A stretch of 16,080 nt of DNA. Origin: Chloroflexota bacterium. GTDB lineage: Bacteria; Chloroflexota; Dehalococcoidia; Lucifugimonadales; Lucifugimonadaceae. A model generated the notes under the pieces. That model saw only the letters and a list, made by a program, of their open reading frames with translations. It searched no databases and was not told the origin of the DNA. The stretch covers positions 1 through 16,080 of the forward strand of contig PBHC01000020.1 of the NCBI GenBank assembly GCA_002719295.1, written 5' to 3'. This document shows, one piece after another, positions 7,838 through 14,800 of this stretch. The position numbers and the translations under genes were made by a program. Each line of letters starts with the position of its first letter. The first letter of the stretch is position 1.

Positions 7838-8398
7838 ATGAAATTAATATTCGTTTGGTTGAAAAATTGGTTAAAATATCCTCTAGTTTTAGGAGCTGTT
7901 TTGCCAACCCAAAAATTTGCTTCAGATTTAATGGCATCTGATGTAAATTCAGAATTAGGTACTGTAGTTGAATTAGGTGCTGGCACAGGTCAAATTACTC
8001 AATCAATACTAAATAAAGGAATCAAAGAAGAAGATTTGATTTTAGTAGAAATAAACAAAGAATTTTCAAAAATTTTAAAAGAAAAATTTCCTAAAGCACA
8101 AATATACTCAGAGGATGTAATATCTTTTCTAGAAAAATTTCAAAAGAGATTTAATAGGAAAATTGATTTGATAATTTCGGGAATACCATTAGTTTCTTTG
8201 AATAAAAAAACTAGAGATAAACTTTGTGAAATTTCTGTAGGAAATCTTTCAGAATCTGGTAAGTTTTTTCAAATCACATATTTTATAAGATGTTCATTTT
8301 CAAAGGAAGTAATCAAGAAATATAATCTTTCAAAGAAATTAAATGGATTTACTCCATTTAATGTTCCACCGGCTTTTATTTGGAAAATATATAAATAA
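7838..8398 (+). CDS. pmtA: SAM-dependent phospholipid N-methyltransferase-like protein (COG3963, Sinorhizobium-type PmtA/OlsG-like)
   Basis: N-terminal amphipathic WLKNWLKYPLVLGAVLPT, motif I VVELGAGTG, LVEIN, IISGIP, FFQITY and C-terminal NVPPAFIW, all typical of this family. Substrate not determinable from sequence. Confidence 0.8.
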   Translation: MKLIFVWLKNWLKYPLVLGAVLPTQKFASDLMASDVNSELGTVVELGAGTGQITQSILNKGIKEEDLILVEINKEFSKILKEKFPKAQIYSEDVISFLEKFQKRFNRKIDLIISGIPLVSLNKKTRDKLCEISVGNLSESGKFFQITYFIRCSFSKEVIKKYNLSKKLNGFTPFNVPPAFIWKIYK

Positions 8399-8401
8399 TT
8401 T

Positions 8402-8740
8402 CTATCCTAAATGGTCTTCACTTGCTAAAGGATTGAAAGTAACTCTACTGAGCACAGATGTACCTGTATTTTCAAAATAATGATCTGCATTAGGTGGGAT
8501 TAATACGAAATCACCTTCTTTGATAGGATGCTTTTCTCCATCAACAAAAATTATACCTTCGCCTCTAGTTATGTAAGCCTGATGTTCCCAAGGATGAGTA
8601 TGATGCGTACTTGTTTCTCCGGGTTGATGGTCATGGTACAAGGAAACTACTGTTGGGACTCCATCTTTTGATCCAAGAATTTGGTGACCTTTATAATCAT
8701 TTTTATTTTTTATGACTGGTTCGATATTATTCTTTTTCAG
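8402..8740 (-). CDS. Cupin-2 domain protein; start codon uncertain (CTG at 8740 proposed, ORF track uses TTG at 8641)
   Basis: Cupin motif 1 PGETSTHHTHPWEHQAYITRGEG and motif 2 GDFVLIPPNADHYFEN. The frame stays open upstream to 8764 and encodes cupin-like N-terminal strands (GHQILGSKDGVPTVVSLY). Confidence 0.85.
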   Translation of the reverse strand: MKKNNIEPVIKNKNDYKGHQILGSKDGVPTVVSLYHDHQPGETSTHHTHPWEHQAYITRGEGIIFVDGEKHPIKEGDFVLIPPNADHYFENTGTSVLSRVTFNPLASEDHLG

Positions 8741-9359
8741 CTTCTTTTTCTGTTTCAGGTTCTGTTACACTCGTTGCAGATGTATTTTGTTTAAAAAATG
8801 AATTTACGAAAATTAATCCTAAAGCTACTGCTAGGATTACTGAACCTATAATTGTTCCCCACATAAAAGTTGGTCCATGTGCAAATAAAATTGAGCCTGC
8901 ATCTGAATGGTTATGTAATCCAAATTTAGTTATTTCTTTACTAACATTTTCTGAATTTTTTAGTGTCATTACTGTATTTTCAGAGGCTGTTCTAGGGAAC
9001 ATAGAGAAAAGTAAACCTAATACAAAAATCCCCATTCCTATTGCAGAAGTAATTCCTACCGTAGCGTAGGATTTCCATTTACTAATTGTTCCAGAATAAG
9101 TAGTTTCAATGCTAGTTGAAATTTCTTTAGCCCTAGTATTAACAATGGTTTCAATTTGGTCTACAGAAAGATCATTCTTCTCTTTCATCAAAGTCATCTG
9201 TTCTGAATGGATATTTCTTATAGATTCTATTTCTGTTTTTAGGGAATCTATTTCACCTTGTTTTCTTGCTGTAATAGTAGCTTGAATCCTCCAAGCAACA
9301 GTTCCTAAAGCACCAACCAATGGTATAGATACGATACTAGTTACTAATCCTATATCCAT
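8727..9359 (-). CDS. Hypothetical membrane protein (N-terminal TM, coiled coil, two C-terminal TMs)
   Basis: 210-aa ORF with strong SD AGGAGG upstream. Hydrophobic segments LVTSIVSIPLVGALGTVAW, VGITSAIGMGIFVLGLLFSMF and IIGSVILAVALGLIFV; heptad-like GEIDSLKTEIESIRNI. Confidence 0.85.
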   Translation of the reverse strand: MDIGLVTSIVSIPLVGALGTVAWRIQATITARKQGEIDSLKTEIESIRNIHSEQMTLMKEKNDLSVDQIETIVNTRAKEISTSIETTYSGTISKWKSYATVGITSAIGMGIFVLGLLFSMFPRTASENTVMTLKNSENVSKEITKFGLHNHSDAGSILFAHGPTFMWGTIIGSVILAVALGLIFVNSFFKQNTSATSVTEPETEKEAEKE

Positions 9360-9374
9360 AATTATTTCCTCCTA

Positions 9375-10073
9375 TTAATTTGCAGTTGATGGAAGCATAC
9401 TTCTTAACGCTTCTGCTACTGCTCCTGGGTTATCAATTTCTTCCATATTTATAGTCATTCTACTTCCTATACCTGATGATACAACAACGGTACCTCTTCC
9501 TGATAATGCTTCAATCAAAGTTCTTTTTTCAGAAATTTGTACAATTCTACCTACAGGAATTTCATTTGTATGAAGGTAAAGGAATTTATACATATATATA
9601 GCTCTTCTATCCGTAACAATGTATGTGATATGTAGATTTCTAAAATACCTCATTACTCCTTTAAAGAAAAACCATAACCCTATCAAAAAGGTTATGAAAG
9701 GAAACATAAGAGCAAAATCTGTTGCTATGTATAAAACAGCTGTGATAAAGAATAATGGCAGACTAATAAAAATTCTTGTATAAGCAGGTTTCATAGTAGG
9801 ATGTCTTTCAATCTTCACATCTTCTCCTTCCCCTAGGGTTGGGTAAGGGAAAGAACCTACTGCAGTCATATAAAAACCTAAAATAAGCAGAGCTACTCCT
9901 GTAACTATTGCTGCTATTCCAGACCATGCTGGAACGGTTCCATCTGTTTGAGAATAAACTAGTAAAATTCCACCTAGTGCAATAATTGGTATAGATACTA
10001 TTAGAGCTATAAACATTCTAACTAATAATCTTACAATTAGTCTAAATCCGTATGGTGTTCTTGCTGTTGTCAT
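9375..10073 (-). CDS. Membrane protein with about 4 TMs and a C-terminal bacterial PH domain (bPH_2, YdbS/YdbT-like)
   Basis: LGEGEDVKIERHP precedes the second TM pair, followed by TYIVTDRRAIY...NEIPVGRIVQI...LSGRGTVVVSS...EEIDNPGAVAEALR, the bPH_2 pattern. Its ATG overlaps the upstream stop (TAATG). Confidence 0.85.
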   Translation of the reverse strand: MTTARTPYGFRLIVRLLVRMFIALIVSIPIIALGGILLVYSQTDGTVPAWSGIAAIVTGVALLILGFYMTAVGSFPYPTLGEGEDVKIERHPTMKPAYTRIFISLPLFFITAVLYIATDFALMFPFITFLIGLWFFFKGVMRYFRNLHITYIVTDRRAIYMYKFLYLHTNEIPVGRIVQISEKRTLIEALSGRGTVVVSSGIGSRMTINMEEIDNPGAVAEALRSMLPSTAN

Positions 10074-13051
10074 TATTTACCTCTTATCATTTGTAGTACT
10101 GAGAAGAATAAAGTTATCATAATACCCATGATAGCTAATCCTGTTGGAGAAGCTAATTCTCCTACAGGTAGGTCAGAAGTATCAACTCCTGGTATTAGTT
10201 TCCTTAACCTTGATCCTTCGTAAACATACAAATCTACTAGTTTACAATTTGATATAGCATCAAGCTCTATTGCTGAAGGAGGCCTTAGGTTTGGAGCCTT
10301 TTCACCAACTAGAGGATGAAATCCATTGAAAGCTCCTGGCATTGAGAATTCAGATACAGCCTTAGCTGCGCTTTCTTCAGGATTTGCTCCTGAGCTTTCA
10401 AGCATGTATCCAAATGTTTTTACATATTCTGTGATCATACAAGCTCTTTGGCTATCATCTGGTTGATCCAAATAATCTGGGTCTCCAGATCTTCCAAGTT
10501 TAAGTAGAGCGTCTAATCCTCCTCTACCTTGTGTAGCTGATCTGATTTGAGATTCACAATTTGATAAAGCAGTTTTTTCTTTATTAGTAGGCCTAGCTTG
10601 AGGGTCCCATACTATATTTGAGATATATGAAGTTTTTATATAATTTTCAGTTTCTCCTTTAGCTCTAGCCAAATTAGCAACCATACAGTCTTCAGCTGCA
10701 CTGTTCCTTGCCATATTTACTAGATCCATTCTCATGTTTTCCAAAGCTCCTCCACCTTGAAGGCTTCCTTGAACCATATTCCCAGGATTATTTCCTTTAT
10801 TAGAATCATTAGTTTTTATAGTCTGTCTAAAATCTGTTGCAGATTTATTAGAGTTATCAGAGCTTCTAGTGAATATATCGCTTACAAACATTGGCTCATA
10901 ATCATAATCAGGTTCTAGAGCATTAGCTACCCAATCAAATTCAGATTTATATTCTAAACACATATGAACATCTTCTAATGCTTGGAAAGGATATTGACCT
11001 CCTGATGGCTCCATTGAAACGTCTCCACCCCAATAGAAAATATTATCGATAATGTGGTCTGCACCAGCTTCCATCATTCTCTGAGGCATTCCACTGCCTG
11101 AGTTCTGCCATGCATCTACTATGCAATTATGTATTCTAGCGTGCTTATTATTGGCATCTCTTTCATCTGCATATTCCATTAATCCTATTTCTAGTTTATC
11201 TAGGTTAACTGTGTATTGTGCTAAGAAGCCACTCCATGCATCCATAGGTAGTTCAGAACCATTCATATTTTCAGCACAATCTCTTAGTGAGTCGTATTGT
11301 TGTTCCCCAAGTGGTCTATTGATTACTTCAGTAGGATCTTCATGGTCTTGGATACCTTGAATAATTTGTTCAACAAGTCTTACAGCATCAGGACCAGTAT
11401 GAAATTCTTCAAATCTTTGAATATTACACTGGATCATCCAATCTTCTGTTAATACATCAAAGTTTAATGAAAAAGCTTCTGCAGCAGGATTTTGATTAAC
11501 GGACTGTAGATAATCTCTTAGCCAGTCTAATTCCTGATTACATCCAATTACCCTTCCTACAACTTCATTTTTCATCTGAGGATTAGCATCGCTCTCTAAG
11601 AATCCCCATTTATCGCTTCTTCCAACTGCAAAGTTTACTAAGTCACTTACTATTCTTTCGGATTGCTGCCTGTTCATTCCTTGAGCATCTTGTACAGAAT
11701 CAATCATACAAGCTTGTCCCATAATTTCTTGATCTCCAAATATAAATGATACTAATAACTCACTTGAAAGAGGGAAATATCCTTGAGAATTATTTGGATT
11801 AGGCCTTATATTTTCGTCCCAGTGATACCAACAATCATAAGCTGCTAGCATTTCTTGTCTGGACATTGACCTTTTGCCTGTTTCAATTGTTACCATATCA
11901 TCCATGATCACATTTCTAGGAATATTCATATTATCTGAAAGATGCGGAACAATACAAGCTTCCATCATGGCATTTAGATCAGCCCTTGGTGCTGTTCCAG
12001 TAGAAGAAGATTCTTGGTTATTAACTCCCCAACCTCCACTAAGTAATTTACTGAAACTCAACTGCATACAATTTGTTACTGCATCATAATAAAAATCAGG
12101 TTCTTCAAGTGATCTAACTCCTATAGGAAATGAAAAGTCCATATAGGCTTGCTCATATGGCATTCCTATATCAGTCTTTATAAAATCAGCAATACATTCC
12201 ATAACTTTCCATCTATCTTCAGCTTTAATAACTGTTAGGTTTATGAATGGACCAAGAGGAACTTCTTCATCAGTTGGAGCTTGGAATTGATTCCCGAAAA
12301 TATTACCTACAGGACCTTGGCCAAAAATATTACCTATTCCTTGGTTGTTGCCTTGATTCTGTTGTGCTTGCTGCTTTCTCATTTCTTCTTGCATTTGAAG
12401 GTCGAGTTCAGCTTGTTGTTTAGCTCTTAATAGTTCTTCTTCTGCTCGTTTTCTTTCAGCTTCTCTTCTGATATTATCTGCTTCTTCATACATCTTTTGT
12501 GTTTCTTGATCAGCTTCCCATTGTGGGTTGTGATATGGACCTCCTGGTTGAACTAAAGGAGAATCATTTAAGAAAAATTGATATTTACATTTGGCAGATT
12601 GAGAGCCAGGTTCAGTTGGCATATTCCCTCTTATGAAAATATGTGTTCCTTGATTAGAGGGATCTGTTGGAGATGGACCTACATATTGCCTTTCAATCCA
12701 TGCAGCTTCGTAGTTTTCATATTGCTGCCCAGGTAGCATACAACCTTGGAACCATACTCCTTGCCCTTCATAAAATTCAAATGGAGCATATGTTGTTGTC
12801 ATAGACATCATACTTATATCCATTTTTACTTCGCAAAATACTTCACCAGTACCTGGATTACTCCTACATTCTGAAGGAACTGTTTCCATTCCCATCGCAC
12901 CCATCATACCACCCATCATACCACCAGGCATTCCTGGCATTTGAGCTGATATTTCTTCTGAATCAGAAATTCCAAAGCTAAAAAGGGTTAGAAGGACAAT
13001 AGAAAGTAAAGAAACTTTTGATAGTTTCTTATAGAGGATTAATTTAGACAT
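10073..13051 (-). CDS. Large exported hypothetical protein with Cys-paired helical repeats and a C-terminal membrane anchor
   Basis: 992-aa ORF. Basic then hydrophobic signal peptide ending ...EISA|Q; Met/Gly tract; coiled coil; 18 Cys by my count and no CxxCH; C-terminal TM followed by RGK. Confidence 0.9.
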   Translation of the reverse strand: MSKLILYKKLSKVSLLSIVLLTLFSFGISDSEEISAQMPGMPGGMMGGMMGAMGMETVPSECRSNPGTGEVFCEVKMDISMMSMTTTYAPFEFYEGQGVWFQGCMLPGQQYENYEAAWIERQYVGPSPTDPSNQGTHIFIRGNMPTEPGSQSAKCKYQFFLNDSPLVQPGGPYHNPQWEADQETQKMYEEADNIRREAERKRAEEELLRAKQQAELDLQMQEEMRKQQAQQNQGNNQGIGNIFGQGPVGNIFGNQFQAPTDEEVPLGPFINLTVIKAEDRWKVMECIADFIKTDIGMPYEQAYMDFSFPIGVRSLEEPDFYYDAVTNCMQLSFSKLLSGGWGVNNQESSSTGTAPRADLNAMMEACIVPHLSDNMNIPRNVIMDDMVTIETGKRSMSRQEMLAAYDCWYHWDENIRPNPNNSQGYFPLSSELLVSFIFGDQEIMGQACMIDSVQDAQGMNRQQSERIVSDLVNFAVGRSDKWGFLESDANPQMKNEVVGRVIGCNQELDWLRDYLQSVNQNPAAEAFSLNFDVLTEDWMIQCNIQRFEEFHTGPDAVRLVEQIIQGIQDHEDPTEVINRPLGEQQYDSLRDCAENMNGSELPMDAWSGFLAQYTVNLDKLEIGLMEYADERDANNKHARIHNCIVDAWQNSGSGMPQRMMEAGADHIIDNIFYWGGDVSMEPSGGQYPFQALEDVHMCLEYKSEFDWVANALEPDYDYEPMFVSDIFTRSSDNSNKSATDFRQTIKTNDSNKGNNPGNMVQGSLQGGGALENMRMDLVNMARNSAAEDCMVANLARAKGETENYIKTSYISNIVWDPQARPTNKEKTALSNCESQIRSATQGRGGLDALLKLGRSGDPDYLDQPDDSQRACMITEYVKTFGYMLESSGANPEESAAKAVSEFSMPGAFNGFHPLVGEKAPNLRPPSAIELDAISNCKLVDLYVYEGSRLRKLIPGVDTSDLPVGELASPTGLAIMGIMITLFFSVLQMIRGK
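12899..12925 (-). repeat. 12-bp tandem repeat (acccatcatacc x2 plus a partial copy) encoding GMMG-GMMG
   Basis: Directly visible at 12899-12910 and 12911-12922, followed by acc. Confidence 0.8.
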
Positions 13052-13225
13052 ATTTTACTTCGCTGTTCTATTTATAATTTTCTGTTATTATTTCTACAAG
13101 CAACAATTTTTATTATATATTAACATAAACAATTAATTTAGGAACATGAAAATAACAAATTTACTTGCTAATAACAAGAATGTTTCTAAGTTCTATGTAT
13201 TTAATTAAAAAGAGAGGGTTAAAAT

Positions 13226-13852
13226 ATGGTTTGGTATGACTGGCTACTTATAGCCCCTATAGTTTTGGGAGTAATTTTAGGCTATAGAATGGGTTTGATC
13301 AAAAATCTCCTTTACATAGTATTGGTTGCAATTGCTATGGTTATAGGAGGATTTTTATCTCAGATGATAGTGGATGCTATAGGTTTAGAATTAGAAAGTG
13401 ATGGTCTAGTTACCGTTATAGGATATGGAATACTTTTAATAGCAGGCTTCTTAGCGGTTCAACTTTTCAGTGGAACAATTGAGATGATTATGAATAAACT
13501 TACATTTGGAATTGGTGATAAGGTAAATTCTATCGGTGGTTTAGCATCTGGATTGGTACTAGGGTTTCTAGTAACTACTATTATAGTAAATATAACTGCA
13601 AGATGGACTTATACTCCTGATGAAGAAGAAGATGGAAGACTTGAAATTTCTGAAGAAGCTATTTCTAAAATGTTTGAAAATAGCATAAAGGATACATCTC
13701 GTGAAGCAGCAGATAAAATAATTCGTGAAAGTATCATGGTTGGTGTAGTAATAGATGTAAAAAATCTATTAGGTGGACAGTTCTTAGGTATAATTCCTGG
13801 TGAATTTAGTGATACTTTAGACATAGCTGATGAAAGAAGATCTACAGACTAA
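13226..13852 (+). CDS. cvpA: CvpA family (colicin V production-like) membrane protein
   Basis: N-terminal WYDWLLIAPIVLGVILGYRMGLIK, four TMs, VNSIGGLASGLVLG and a later IRES, matching the CvpA pattern. SD-like GAGAGGG upstream. Confidence 0.85.
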   Translation: MVWYDWLLIAPIVLGVILGYRMGLIKNLLYIVLVAIAMVIGGFLSQMIVDAIGLELESDGLVTVIGYGILLIAGFLAVQLFSGTIEMIMNKLTFGIGDKVNSIGGLASGLVLGFLVTTIIVNITARWTYTPDEEEDGRLEISEEAISKMFENSIKDTSREAADKIIRESIMVGVVIDVKNLLGGQFLGIIPGEFSDTLDIADERRSTD

Positions 13853-13862
13853 TTCAATAAGA

Positions 13863-14789
13863 TTAAACTTCTTTATTTGCCCACGCTTTTATTAAGTGAT
13901 GGGCAATAGCAATGTTTCCAGGGACATTTAATTTGTCATTTTTTTCTTGTAAAGCGGAAAGAACTTCATCTCTATGAAACCATTTTACTGAATGCATTTC
14001 ATGCTCATCATAGTTTATTTCTTCAGAGTCAGCTTCTGCATGGCAACCAATCATCAAAGACCATGGAAATGGCCATGGCTGAGAAGCATAATATCTTACA
14101 TCTTTTACTTTGATTCCCGATTCCTCCATGATTTCTCTAGAAACAGCCTCTTCGATAGACTCTCCTTGGTCAACGAAGCCTGCTAGACAAGAATAAATAT
14201 TTAAATTTGATAATCTTCCTTTAGATTGCCCTAATAAACAATAATCTCCATTACTAACTAAAGTAATTATTACTGGATCTGTTCTTGGAAAAAGTTCAGT
14301 CTCACATTTTGAGCACTTTCTTGATTGTCCCCCTCTAAGGCCAAGAGTTTCTCCTCCGCAAATTCCACAAAATAAATTTTTTCTATTCCATTCCAATTGA
14401 CTTTTACTTTGGCTTATAATTCCACCTTGACTTTGAGCCAATTGATCTCCTGCTGTCCTACAGTCAATAAATTCATCGCTATCAGTCAGTAAATTATCAT
14501 TAACAAAATCTTCATCTAATTTTGCTAAATCTGTTGCTAGATAAATATCTTCAGAAATAGAACCTAAAATTATCAATTCAGGGTCTATACCTTTAGATTT
14601 TATGTCGCCTAGATTTAAAAATTTTAGACTAATATTCGTAAAAATTTTCTTAACTAGTACTTTTGATCTGTAATAGACAAGAACCTTTGAATTTGGATTA
14701 CTTAATTTTTCTTCAATCCATTCATCATTTCGTCTTTCGACTTCAAGTCTATCTATATTATTCCCTGAAAATTTTAATAACTTACCCAT
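13863..14789 (-). CDS. nudC: NAD(H) pyrophosphatase / NAD-cap decapping Nudix hydrolase NudC
   Basis: Zinc ribbon FCGICG...RKCSKC, FPRTDPVII, Nudix box AGFVDQGESIEEAVSREIMEESGI and the signature SQPWPFPWSLM. Confidence 0.96.
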   Translation of the reverse strand: MGKLLKFSGNNIDRLEVERRNDEWIEEKLSNPNSKVLVYYRSKVLVKKIFTNISLKFLNLGDIKSKGIDPELIILGSISEDIYLATDLAKLDEDFVNDNLLTDSDEFIDCRTAGDQLAQSQGGIISQSKSQLEWNRKNLFCGICGGETLGLRGGQSRKCSKCETELFPRTDPVIITLVSNGDYCLLGQSKGRLSNLNIYSCLAGFVDQGESIEEAVSREIMEESGIKVKDVRYYASQPWPFPWSLMIGCHAEADSEEINYDEHEMHSVKWFHRDEVLSALQEKNDKLNVPGNIAIAHHLIKAWANKEV

Positions 14790-14800
14790 AACTTCCCTTC

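Noticed and set aside
10073..13051. Large Cys-rich protein as a multiheme cytochrome or Fe-S protein
   Set aside because: No CxxCH or CxxC motifs; the Cys are widely spaced, which fits disulfides in an exported protein.
13138..13195. GAAC and GTTC words as a LexA box (GAAC-N4-GTTC)
   Set aside because: The half-sites are not at the 4-bp spacing.
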